64,000 nucleotides of DNA from Porticoccaceae bacterium (GTDB lineage Bacteria > Pseudomonadota > Gammaproteobacteria > Pseudomonadales > Porticoccaceae): contig DUBX01000030.1 in the NCBI GenBank assembly GCA_012960115.1, positions 30,338 through 94,337 of the forward strand, given 5' to 3'. Below, piece after piece: positions 11,227 to 20,146 of this stretch. The notes under the pieces were generated by a model. That model saw only the letters and a program-made list of their open reading frames with translations. It was not told where the DNA came from and did no database searches. Numbering within the stretch: position 1 is the first letter of the stretch; each line of letters opens with the position of its first letter. A program made the translations under genes and the position numbers.

Positions 11227-11959
11227 CCAAGAAGCCCTGCCCAGTCAGCCGTTCATGTCTCATTTAATCGAGTTCAGGGATCGTGTACTGCGTTGCTTTA
11301 TCTCTGTGCTGATTATTTTTGCAGGTTTGTTTTCCTTTAGTAACGAACTTTATCTCTATGTGTCAAAGCCTATTCGAGCCTACCTGCCCGACAACTTAAG
11401 CATGATTGCAACCGAAGTGGCCTCCCCATTTTTGACGCCCTTCAAGCTAACGCTAGTGCTGTCTATGTTTGCCGCTATGCCCTATATCCTCTATCAGGCT
11501 TGGGCATTTTTAGCGCCAGGCCTGTATAAAAGAGAAAAGAAGATCGTTCTGCCTTTGTTTTTTTCCAGTGTGTTGCTTTTTTATGGTGGTATGGCGTTTG
11601 CGTACTACGTAGTATTCCCGTTGGTGTTCATGTTTTTTTCCGGTATTGCTCCAGAAGGCGTTAGTATCATGCCTGATATCCGCAGTTATTTGGATTTTGT
11701 GCTTAAGCTGTTTTTTGCTTTTGGCATTAGCTTTGAAATCCCTATTGCGGTGGTAATACTGTCTTGGATGGGCGCTGTTGATCCAAACAAGCTCGCCAAA
11801 AAACGACCCTACGTATTTGTACTCTGCTTTATACTTGGAATGTTACTAACACCCCCAGACATTATCTCCCAAACCTTCCTAGCCATACCCATGTGGTTAC
11901 TCTTTGAAATCGGCATCATGTTTGGTCGCATGGTGGCCCCTGTAGCAGAATCTGACTAA
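11219..11959 (+). CDS. tatC: Tat translocase subunit TatC
   Basis: SHLIEFRDR, PFLTPFKL, APGLYKREK, FEIP, LTPPDIISQ. Confidence 0.96.
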   Translation: MTDQEALPSQPFMSHLIEFRDRVLRCFISVLIIFAGLFSFSNELYLYVSKPIRAYLPDNLSMIATEVASPFLTPFKLTLVLSMFAAMPYILYQAWAFLAPGLYKREKKIVLPLFFSSVLLFYGGMAFAYYVVFPLVFMFFSGIAPEGVSIMPDIRSYLDFVLKLFFAFGISFEIPIAVVILSWMGAVDPNKLAKKRPYVFVLCFILGMLLTPPDIISQTFLAIPMWLLFEIGIMFGRMVAPVAESD

Positions 11960-11963
11960 TCGG

Positions 11964-12926
11964 TTATTCGAACAGGGCCTGTTTAATAGCGCGGTAGTGC
12001 GTATCTCTTGCCAGCCTAGCGATCTTGGCATTTGGCACCATAAACTCAAATCCATGGTATCCGCCGGGAAATATTTCCAGTTGAGTAGCCACGCCTGATC
12101 CATTGAGACGCTCCGCATAATCACGGTTCTCATCAAGAAATAGGTCAACGGATCCAACCCCAATGTAAGCGGCTGGCAGGCCATGTAAATCAAGCGCGTG
12201 ACTTGGCGCTGCGTACTTAGATGCTACGTAAGGCTCTTGCTCTGAGGTCTTTTTCCGCCCCAAATAATGCATCCAACCTTCTAAGTTTGAGCGACGATTC
12301 CAGATACGATTATCCGAAATACTGTAACTGGATACTGAGGTACTATTGTTATCAATCATCGGACAAAGTAATGCCTGAAAGACTACCGACACTTCTGCTT
12401 TGTCCCTTGCTAGAAGCGCAAGGCCTGCGGCTAACCCACCTCCCGCGCTAATTCCGCCTATGGCTATGCGCGAGGCGTCAACCTTGAGCATGTCCACATG
12501 ATCAAAAACCCATGTTAAGGCCGCATAACAGTCATTGAGAGGTGTCGGGAAAGGAAATTCAGGAGCTAGTCGGTAGTCTACTGATATGACGACGCAACCA
12601 ATTTCCTCTGCCATTCTCTTCACCGTATAATCATCACCCATCAGGCTCCCAAAGCAGTAGCCACCACCATGAATCCAAAGTAGGGCCGGCAGCACATTAA
12701 TCTGGTCCTTCGGCCCGTAAACTCTCACGGGAACTCCCTCATCGCCTGACTGAGGAACAATATAATCCGTGGTTTCAACATTCTTAACGGGGGGTAGCAT
12801 TGACGCCAATTGAGTATTCCGTTGCAAAGACAATAGGCGTGTGACACTTAAATCTGCCCAAATATCGAATTCTGGTATAGCCTCTAAGGCGGGAATAAGC
12901 TCCGCATCAACTAAATCTAAATCCAT
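11964..12926 (-). CDS. HSL-family alpha/beta hydrolase (esterase/lipase)
   Basis: HGGG oxyanion motif, DYRLAPE, GISAGG nucleophile elbow, DLF, HGF; likely start MDLDLVDAE at 12926. Confidence 0.88.
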   Translation of the reverse strand: MDLDLVDAELIPALEAIPEFDIWADLSVTRLLSLQRNTQLASMLPPVKNVETTDYIVPQSGDEGVPVRVYGPKDQINVLPALLWIHGGGYCFGSLMGDDYTVKRMAEEIGCVVISVDYRLAPEFPFPTPLNDCYAALTWVFDHVDMLKVDASRIAIGGISAGGGLAAGLALLARDKAEVSVVFQALLCPMIDNNSTSVSSYSISDNRIWNRRSNLEGWMHYLGRKKTSEQEPYVASKYAAPSHALDLHGLPAAYIGVGSVDLFLDENRDYAERLNGSGVATQLEIFPGGYHGFEFMVPNAKIARLARDTHYRAIKQALFE

Positions 12927-12976
12927 GAATAAATAGTTCCTAACTCTAAAAGGCAAAAACGTCTTGAACGCAAAGT

Positions 12977-13360
12977 CTACTTAATCTCTCCGCCGACATA
13001 AAGCCACCGGCCACCTATTAAGCTAAATATCGATCTTTCATGCATGACAGAAGTCACATCGTTAATCTGATAGGTCGCCTTAAACTCCACCCAACCTTTA
13101 GCGCCCTTAGCATCGGACCCGAGAACCTCAAGTGACAGCCACTCTTGAGTATGTTTTGATAGTTCAATAGCGGTCAAACCTGAGGCCATTGGTGGAAACC
13201 AGGTCTTCAACAGATATTCACCATAGCCTCCCAAAGCATAAGCACTATAGCGTGACCGCATAAGTTCTTCCGGCATTGAAGCAACGGCTTTGCCTGTTAA
13301 GTACGGCTCACAACATTGTAAGAAAGGTATATTTTTGCCACAGATACACTGATTGTTCAT
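12977..13360 (-). CDS. ychJ: YchJ-family (SEC-C motif) protein
   Basis: CICG...CCEPY, PEELMRSRYSAY, VEFKA, HERSIF, WLYVGG. Confidence 0.88.
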   Translation of the reverse strand: MNNQCICGKNIPFLQCCEPYLTGKAVASMPEELMRSRYSAYALGGYGEYLLKTWFPPMASGLTAIELSKHTQEWLSLEVLGSDAKGAKGWVEFKATYQINDVTSVMHERSIFSLIGGRWLYVGGEIK

Positions 13361-13427
13361 TTAGGTAGTTTGACCGATGATATTTGGTTTAAAATAATAC
13401 CTTAAATTATTATTCAAGGGTCATAAT

Positions 13428-13913
13428 ATGCCTAGTTTAGATATTGTTTCAGAAGTCGACAACGCTGAAATCCTCAACGCAACCCAAAATGCCGCAAGAG
13501 AGTTAACCACCCGCTTCGATTTTCGTGGTGTTGATGCAAGCATTACCTTCGCTAACGAAATTGTGACCTTAAAAGCCGAAGCGGACTTTCAATGTCAGCA
13601 ATTGCTCGATATTTTTGCAACTCAGCTAGTTAAGCGAAAAATTGATCCCACTGTCATCGAATATGATGATGAAGCATTTCATAGTGGCAAAACATTTTCA
13701 CTTAATGTCACGTTTAAGCAGGGTATCGCCGCAGACGTGGCGAAAAAGATAGTTAAACTGACCAAAGATAAGAAGCTTAAAGTCCAAGCCCAAGTGCAAG
13801 GCGACGAAGTTAGAGTGACAGGTAAAAAGCGCGACGACTTGCAAGCTGTGATGGCTTCAGTGCGCGAAGCCGATCTAGGCCAGCCATTTCAGTTTAAAAA
13901 CTTTCGTGACTAG
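13428..13913 (+). CDS. yajQ: YajQ-family cyclic di-GMP/nucleotide-binding protein
   Basis: [44 protein letters not shown]. Confidence 0.95.
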   Translation: MPSLDIVSEVDNAEILNATQNAARELTTRFDFRGVDASITFANEIVTLKAEADFQCQQLLDIFATQLVKRKIDPTVIEYDDEAFHSGKTFSLNVTFKQGIAADVAKKIVKLTKDKKLKVQAQVQGDEVRVTGKKRDDLQAVMASVREADLGQPFQFKNFRD

Positions 13914-13928
13914 CTGCTGAACTAAGCA

Positions 13929-14297
13929 TTAATCACTCGAAATGAACCTCATGGATATGCTATTAACACAGTGGCGAATATTTTTATCGGTGTAACCCTC
14001 GCCAGTAAATACATGTCCAAGGTGGCCGTCACAATTGGCGCAAAGTATCTCGACTCGGCGGCCATCAGCATCAGTCTCACGTCTCACTGACCCAACAATT
14101 TCGTCATCAAAACTGGGCCAGCCGCAGTGAGATGGAAATTTATGCTCTGATCGATAGAGTGGATTATCACACTGCTTACAAATGTACAGTCCACCATCAA
14201 AACAATCAGTATACTCACCCAGAAATGGTCGCTCTGTCCCTTTCTGTTGGATCACATACTGCTCTTCTGGTGTCAAATTATTAAGTGATTTTGTCAT
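13929..14297 (-). CDS. msrB: Peptide methionine-R-sulfoxide reductase
   Basis: GTERPF.GEY, CGWPSFDDE, GHLGHVF, RHCVNSIS; start overlaps the kinase stop (ATGA). Confidence 0.94.
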   Translation of the reverse strand: MTKSLNNLTPEEQYVIQQKGTERPFLGEYTDCFDGGLYICKQCDNPLYRSEHKFPSHCGWPSFDDEIVGSVRRETDADGRRVEILCANCDGHLGHVFTGEGYTDKNIRHCVNSISMRFISSD

Positions 14298-15088
14298 TTT
14301 ATGTCCCTAACTGATTTATCGTTGCCCTTCACCGCGTGCCAGAGTTTTGTGAGGCCATGTTGCAAGACGACAAGAGCCTCAACAATACCTGCATCAGCTT
14401 TACTAGTGCAATACTTAGGGCCAAATACCCTGAGATAGTCAATGAGAGGATGTCCCAGCTCAGCATATTCCCAGTCAATAAAATAGATCCCCTGATCATT
14501 GCAAAGGATATTTTCAAATAATAAATCATGATGGCTGATGACAGGTTGCCAGTCCGCTTCATCTATGGTCGTAGAAGCTCTCTCTATAGTCTCTAAATCC
14601 GTAAAACCACTAAGCTGATCACTGTATGACCGGCTATATTCTAAGTAGTTTCTTCTTGGCCTATTGCCTAGTCTTATCGCCTGAATTTGTTTAAGACTGC
14701 CTTCCACCTGTGCTCGAAGAGAAGGATTAGCTAAATCATTATCGGTTAAGCAACGGCCCTCAAGAAATTGTGTTACCTGAGTATCCGAATCGGCATAGAG
14801 AAGCCGAGGCACACAGCCAGTTGACTGCAGCATATTCAAAAATAGAGTTTCGCGGTCTCTATCAATAGCAAAAGAATCAGAATCAAATGAGTTAATTCTT
14901 ACAACAGCTTTAAAGTCGCCCCTACCGACCAAAAAGGACTGATTGGTCAATCCTCCAGTTAGCTGCGCAATGACCTGAGGCTGCTTTGAAGGTGCATTCT
15001 CGCTGACAATTGACCACTCACGCCAATGCACAAGCGTCTTATGCAATAATGTCTCTGCTCTGGCCAAAATATTTTTTTCTCCAAGCAT
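14294..15088 (-). CDS. Choline/ethanolamine kinase-like phosphotransferase, probable thiamine kinase
   Basis: GGLTN P-loop, HHDLLFENIL Brenner motif, IDWEYA; in a TPP-riboswitch operon after a Pnu transporter. Confidence 0.75.
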   Translation of the reverse strand: MLGEKNILARAETLLHKTLVHWREWSIVSENAPSKQPQVIAQLTGGLTNQSFLVGRGDFKAVVRINSFDSDSFAIDRDRETLFLNMLQSTGCVPRLLYADSDTQVTQFLEGRCLTDNDLANPSLRAQVEGSLKQIQAIRLGNRPRRNYLEYSRSYSDQLSGFTDLETIERASTTIDEADWQPVISHHDLLFENILCNDQGIYFIDWEYAELGHPLIDYLRVFGPKYCTSKADAGIVEALVVLQHGLTKLWHAVKGNDKSVRDIK

Positions 15089-15629
15089 AATAACCCATTG
15101 TCGCTAACACCAAATACAGCATAAACATTGCCGCTGTTTGCTCTAGGCCGCGGTCGAGGTACAGGTAAATCGAAATACTATTAATTACAATCCAGTACAA
15201 CCAATTTTCTAATACCTTTCGCGCTACCATCACAGTTGTCAGTATACTGCCCCAGGTAGTTAAGGAGTCCATATAAGGCAACTTTGCATCAGTCCCTATT
15301 GATAATAAGTAACCTGATACTAAGGCCGCGAGTGCTATTGCAAAAACAGCCAAAACATGCTGTTTTGCAGTCCAGCGAATAATGTCTAACCCTTCATGAT
15401 TAATCCCGCCTCGCTGCCATTGAAACCAACCATAGATAGCCATGCCCATGTAGTACACATTTAGTGCCGACTCCATGTACAGGCTTACATCGCCAAATAT
15501 CCACACATAGAGTGCAGTACTAAAAAAAGCACAGTACCAACAGAGGCTATTTTCACGCATCGCAAGGACAAGATAAGCGACACCCAAAGCCACCGCCAAT
15601 GTTTCAAGATTAACCCAATCTAAACTCAC
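15039..15629 (-). CDS. pnuC: Pnu-family vitamin transporter, thiamine-specific PnuT type by context
   Basis: YGWFQW, DSLTTWGS, RKVLENWLYWIVIN; downstream of the TPP riboswitch. Confidence 0.88.
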   Translation of the reverse strand: MSLDWVNLETLAVALGVAYLVLAMRENSLCWYCAFFSTALYVWIFGDVSLYMESALNVYYMGMAIYGWFQWQRGGINHEGLDIIRWTAKQHVLAVFAIALAALVSGYLLSIGTDAKLPYMDSLTTWGSILTTVMVARKVLENWLYWIVINSISIYLYLDRGLEQTAAMFMLYLVLATMGYYAWRKKYFGQSRDIIA

Positions 15630-15881
15630 TTATAGTGCCTCGTAACCGGGAATAATTTTAGCTACATACACTGCCATATTATATTCTTGGTAACAGGCGG
15701 AAATAGTATCCTGCACGGCCTTCATCGCATGCTCATACTCACCTTGGACCACAGTACTGGTTGGAAAGGTAGTGATTTTAAGATGTTCAAAACGATTAAT
15801 TTTTTCAATAAATCCATCAATGGGAGGAATAAATTCCTCCCGGTTGGGGTACATACTGATATCAATAGTAACTTGCATCAC
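15630..15881 (-). CDS. YkoF-like thiamine/HMP-binding small protein
   Basis: DISMYP and TFPTSTVVQGE, as in the YkoF/Thiamine_BP ferredoxin-like fold; operon context. Confidence 0.75.
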   Translation of the reverse strand: MMQVTIDISMYPNREEFIPPIDGFIEKINRFEHLKITTFPTSTVVQGEYEHAMKAVQDTISACYQEYNMAVYVAKIIPGYEAL

Positions 15882-15907
15882 ACCTGCCTCACATTAATTG
15901 ATGAGAA

Positions 15908-18031
15908 TTAAAAGTCATATTGCCCGCTAACACCAAAGGTCCGCGGTTCACCAAGCTGATAGTATGGTTCAGTAGCATAGTATTTTCGCGGATCGTTACC
16001 AAACCCCCCGAAGCCACGAACGATCACATCCTCATCAGTGAGGTTGCGACCCCAAACAGACACAGACCATTGATCTGCGCTATACGCTAAATTGGTATTT
16101 AGTAGCCAGTACGACTCAGATTGCTCGTCGTGACTAGAGGACAGGTAAAACTTGTCTTTTCCCTCAACATCGGTTGTCCAAATAAGGTTTTCACTAACCT
16201 GCAGACTAGCGCCCAGCACAAACTGATAAAGCGGTGCGTGGGCCTGATCCCGACGATCTAAGGTAGCTGACAGAGGCGTGTCGTAGTCAGTCTCCAATAA
16301 ACCCAGAGAACCTTGAACCGAGAGTACCTCAGTGGCTAGCCAGTTGACTTCGATCTCCATTCCGTAATTGCTCCCTTTGCCCGAATTGCCAAAATAATCG
16401 GTGAAGTCACTGGCACTACTGTCATCTCTGGATTGAACAAGTGACTGTTTAATCTGAATGTCTGTGCGCTGCTGGTAAAATACCGAAACTCGTGTCTGCA
16501 GTTGCTGTTCAAACCAACTTCCTTTAAAGCCTGTCTCGAAGTTCCACATAAGCTCAGTGTCAAATTCACGGTCTTGCGCGGACAGCGACGAGTCACTATT
16601 CACACCCCCCGCTTTGTAGCCTCGCGATACCAGACCATAAACCATAGTGCTGTCATCGAGTTTATATTGGAGCGCAATACGCCCACCCCACAGATTCTCA
16701 TCAACACTGTGATCCACACCATCACTATCATTGTAGGTTGCCTTTCGACCCTCCAACCTTAAGCCTGTAATAAGACTTAAGTCAGAGGTCATATCAATAT
16801 CCAATTGACCGTAGATCGCTCGATTTTTAGTATCAAAATTGCTGCTAAAGTCACTGGCGTTATAGGTGTACTGGCGCAAGAGTTGCTCGTCTTGCTGGCG
16901 AGCATAAACACCGAACACCCAGTCAGCATTTCTGCCCAACAAACTTACCGGCTTTTTGGAGACTAATTTAACATCAAGGGTACTGTTATCTCGATCACGC
17001 AAATAGTTATCTTCTGAATTGTATTCCCACCCATCACACTCTTGGCCGGCGCATATGGCAGGGAAGGCCCAATCTTCGTCATAACCATACTCAAGGTCAC
17101 TGTCTGCAAAACTAATCAAACTAACCACATCAAATTGCTCATGCACCTGCCAGTTGCTTTGTAGGGCAAATGCAGAGGACTCTTGGCGGTCATGGCCGGG
17201 CTGATCAGAAAGAGTATTGCGAGTATTATCAAGAGAAAATGCGTCATAGCCATTGTCTGTATCAACCCGAAATAGAGTTAACTTAAGATTGAGATCTTCA
17301 CTTGCCCGCCAATCAATAATTGCCCGTAAACTCAGCTCATCAATGTTGTCTGTGTCATCCCTTTTTAAAAAATCATTGGTTATATATCCGTCACTGGTAT
17401 GACTTTGCGCCGCCACACGGTAATTCAGATCATGACGTAAAGATCCTCCCAGAGCGCCAGATACTGTTTTAGTATTGTGACTTCCAGCCGCCAGAGAGAG
17501 ATTACCCTGAGTGATTTCACTTGGCTGGTTAGAGGTCAGATTAATCAAACCTGCTAATGCATTCGCACCATAAAGTGTTCCCTGTGGTCCGCGCAGTATT
17601 TCAACTTGCTTGATATCCATAGTTGTCGCTGCACCGGCAATACCAGTGAAGTCGATGCCGTCGACTAAAATGCCTACGGAAGGATTAAGGGGTTCAATAA
17701 ACTGACTGCGCTCGCCAATACCACGTATCTGAATAAAACGGCCTCTTGATGCGCCGCTTGAAAAATTTACATTGGGCGCCAAATTTAACAGCTCTTCTAA
17801 ATGCTTGGCCTGACGGTTTTTAATTATTGAATCATCAAAAATGGTTATGCTAGCTGCAGTATTTAGCAAAGCTGCGTCACGAAAATCAGAGGTGACTATA
17901 ACCTCTTCAATCTCCTTATCAGCCGCAGCCAAAGGTGGCCCGCAGATCAAGATAATAAGGGATAGATTTTTAACTAAAGTGCCAATATAGTTGGCGTCAG
18001 TTTTGTTACGCATTGTACGGTAAAAATACAT
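15908..18031 (-). CDS. TonB-dependent receptor, probable thiamine uptake
   Basis: EEVIVT TonB box, IRGIG, EILRGPQGTLYG plug motif, C-terminal PRTFGVSGQYDF; first gene after the TPP riboswitch; exact start uncertain. Confidence 0.9.
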   Translation of the reverse strand: MYFYRTMRNKTDANYIGTLVKNLSLIILICGPPLAAADKEIEEVIVTSDFRDAALLNTAASITIFDDSIIKNRQAKHLEELLNLAPNVNFSSGASRGRFIQIRGIGERSQFIEPLNPSVGILVDGIDFTGIAGAATTMDIKQVEILRGPQGTLYGANALAGLINLTSNQPSEITQGNLSLAAGSHNTKTVSGALGGSLRHDLNYRVAAQSHTSDGYITNDFLKRDDTDNIDELSLRAIIDWRASEDLNLKLTLFRVDTDNGYDAFSLDNTRNTLSDQPGHDRQESSAFALQSNWQVHEQFDVVSLISFADSDLEYGYDEDWAFPAICAGQECDGWEYNSEDNYLRDRDNSTLDVKLVSKKPVSLLGRNADWVFGVYARQQDEQLLRQYTYNASDFSSNFDTKNRAIYGQLDIDMTSDLSLITGLRLEGRKATYNDSDGVDHSVDENLWGGRIALQYKLDDSTMVYGLVSRGYKAGGVNSDSSLSAQDREFDTELMWNFETGFKGSWFEQQLQTRVSVFYQQRTDIQIKQSLVQSRDDSSASDFTDYFGNSGKGSNYGMEIEVNWLATEVLSVQGSLGLLETDYDTPLSATLDRRDQAHAPLYQFVLGASLQVSENLIWTTDVEGKDKFYLSSSHDEQSESYWLLNTNLAYSADQWSVSVWGRNLTDEDVIVRGFGGFGNDPRKYYATEPYYQLGEPRTFGVSGQYDF

Positions 18032-18099
18032 AAGAGCCTCAGTAACGGTAGTTAAGGAGACCCGGAATCAAAAGACGGAGTAAAGGCGGTAAAACGTAT

Positions 18100-18182
18100 C
18101 CTATTCCTACGCCGGCATAATCCGGATCAGGTTCAAAGGGTACCTCTCAGGTTAACAAAGATTAACCGCCCCTTAGGAATCC
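18100..18182 (-). ncRNA. TPP (THI-box) riboswitch
   Basis: Minus strand ATTCCTA-AGGGGCGGTTAATCTTTGTTAACC-TGAGAGGTACCCTTTGAACCTGATCCGGATTATGCCGGCG-TAGGAAT: P1 stem, GGGG, CTGAGA, ACCC..GAACCTGAT and ATGC..GCGTAGG all present. Confidence 0.95.
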
Positions 18183-18184
18183 GT

Positions 18185-18212
18185 ATAATAACATGGTCAT
18201 CGACTGTGACAA
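18185..18212 (-). promoter_or_regulatory. Putative sigma-70 promoter driving the riboswitch transcript
   Basis: TTGTCA-N16-TATTAT with extended TG; predicted start site falls at the 5' end of P1. Confidence 0.55.
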
Positions 18213-18322
18213 CATCAGTATCTAGTCTAATATTGATCTACCAAACATCAATGTAATTAGGCAATAGGGATAGCAGGCAACCGACTTTGGTTGCAATTAA
18301 TGGAACGAAACAGGGCCACACA

Positions 18323-20146
18323 ATGAAACAAATATTGATTTCACTCTTAACACTTATATGCGTGCTGTTAATCAATGGCTGTGAAAAGACGCCAGAGACG
18401 TCTATAAAAATGGGGTCTACAGAAGTTATCGAATTCCTCGACGAACTATTTATGGAGGAGTTGCAACAAAGCCCCGAATTTCTAACCTATTTGGGGAAGC
18501 GTGAACGATACGGGGAGTGGGACGACATTTCTGATAAAGCCAGAGATGCCAGTATGGAAATGACTCGTGAACATCTTAAAAAGGTCCGCATGCTTGATTT
18601 AACGCATATTGATGACGCCACCAAACTAAGTGTAAAGATGTTTATCCAACAGGCGACTCTGCAAATAGAAGGAGACAAATGGCGATACCACAGCTATCCA
18701 GTTAATCAAATGCGGGGCGCCCATAGTATGATCCCTTCATTTTTAATCAACCAACATCTCATCGCTAATGTCGAAGAGGCCCAGGCGTATATTCAGAGAA
18801 TTGTCAATTCATCTACGCTCTTAGACCAACTGGTTACTGAAATTAGAATCCGCGATAGTAAGGGAATATTGCCGCCTAAATTCGTTTTCCCCTTAGCCCT
18901 AAAATCCATCGAAAACATTATGACAGGCATACCTTTTAGCGAGGGTGCAGATAGCACCATACTGGCTGATTTTAGACAAAAAGTAGCAGCTCTCGATATT
19001 GCAGACGCCGAAAAAGATGAGCTAGTGGCTACCGCAAAAGCAGGCCTTGAAGATTACCTTGCTCCCGGCTACAGAAAGCTCCATAAATACCTAACCAACT
19101 TACAACACAGTGCCACCAATGATGACGGCGTTTGGAAATTTCCTGAAGGAGGCGATTTTTATAACTTTGCCCTAAAGCGCACCACCACGACTAATCTCAC
19201 AGCTGACCAAATCCATAATTTGGGCCTTGAAGAAGTTGCACGTATTCAAACAGAAATGCGAAGAATCATGCGGCGAGTTAAATTTGACGGTGATCTACAG
19301 GCCTTTTTCGATTTCATGCGTAATGAGCCTCAATTCTACTATCCAGATACTGCAGCAGGTAAGCAAGCTTACTTAGATCAGGCAACGCTATTCATTGACA
19401 CCATGAAATCACGTTTGGATGAGCTATTTATCACAAAACCTAAAGCTGATCTCGTGGTAAAAGCGGTGGAGGCATTTCGTGAAGCCTCGGCTGGACAAGC
19501 GTTCTATCAAAGCCCTGCACCCGACGGCAGTCGTCCGGGAACATACTTTGCTAACCTGTATAAAATGAGCGACATGTCCAAATATAACATGGAAGCATTA
19601 GCCTATCATGAGGGTATTCCTGGACATCACATGCAGATATCGATTGCACAGGAACTTCAAAATATGCCCAAATTCAGACTCTTCGGAGGCTACACTGTAT
19701 TCAGTGAGGGTTGGGGTCTCTACTCTGAATCAGTACCAAAAGAAATTGGCTTATATGCGGATCCGTACTCGGATTTTGGGCGACTTTCTGGGGAGCTATA
19801 CCGGGCCTGTCGGCTGGTAGTCGATACCGGAATTCATGCTAAGCGCTGGACTCGCGAGAAGGCACTTGAGTACATGAATAGTAACGTTCCTCATTCCAGT
19901 AGCTATAACGTACGTCAAATAGAACGGTACATCGTCATGCCATCTCAGGCTACTGCTTACAAGATCGGTATGCTGAAAATTCAGGAATTGAGGCGAATAG
20001 CGAAGCAATCATTGGGCAACAAATTTGATATTCGCCAGTTCCATGACGTGGTACTTAGAGATGGTTCAATTCCCCTACCTATCCTTGAAGAAAATGTTAA
20101 CCACTGGATTGCTAAGTCAACCTTATACAGAGCATTAAAATTATGA
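18323..20146 (+). CDS. DUF885-family lipoprotein (predicted Zn metallopeptidase)
   Basis: Lipobox-like VLLINGC after MKQ; YHEGIPGHHMQ, EGWGLYSE, RACRLVVDTGIH, QATAYKIG. Confidence 0.85.
   Translation: MKQILISLLTLICVLLINGCEKTPETSIKMGSTEVIEFLDELFMEELQQSPEFLTYLGKRERYGEWDDISDKARDASMEMTREHLKKVRMLDLTHIDDATKLSVKMFIQQATLQIEGDKWRYHSYPVNQMRGAHSMIPSFLINQHLIANVEEAQAYIQRIVNSSTLLDQLVTEIRIRDSKGILPPKFVFPLALKSIENIMTGIPFSEGADSTILADFRQKVAALDIADAEKDELVATAKAGLEDYLAPGYRKLHKYLTNLQHSATNDDGVWKFPEGGDFYNFALKRTTTTNLTADQIHNLGLEEVARIQTEMRRIMRRVKFDGDLQAFFDFMRNEPQFYYPDTAAGKQAYLDQATLFIDTMKSRLDELFITKPKADLVVKAVEAFREASAGQAFYQSPAPDGSRPGTYFANLYKMSDMSKYNMEALAYHEGIPGHHMQISIAQELQNMPKFRLFGGYTVFSEGWGLYSESVPKEIGLYADPYSDFGRLSGELYRACRLVVDTGIHAKRWTREKALEYMNSNVPHSSSYNVRQIERYIVMPSQATAYKIGMLKIQELRRIAKQSLGNKFDIRQFHDVVLRDGSIPLPILEENVNHWIAKSTLYRALKL

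Noticed and set aside
15039-15629. Reading PnuC as a nicotinamide riboside importer linked to nadE
   Set aside because: The TPP riboswitch and YkoF-like neighbour point to thiamine (PnuT)
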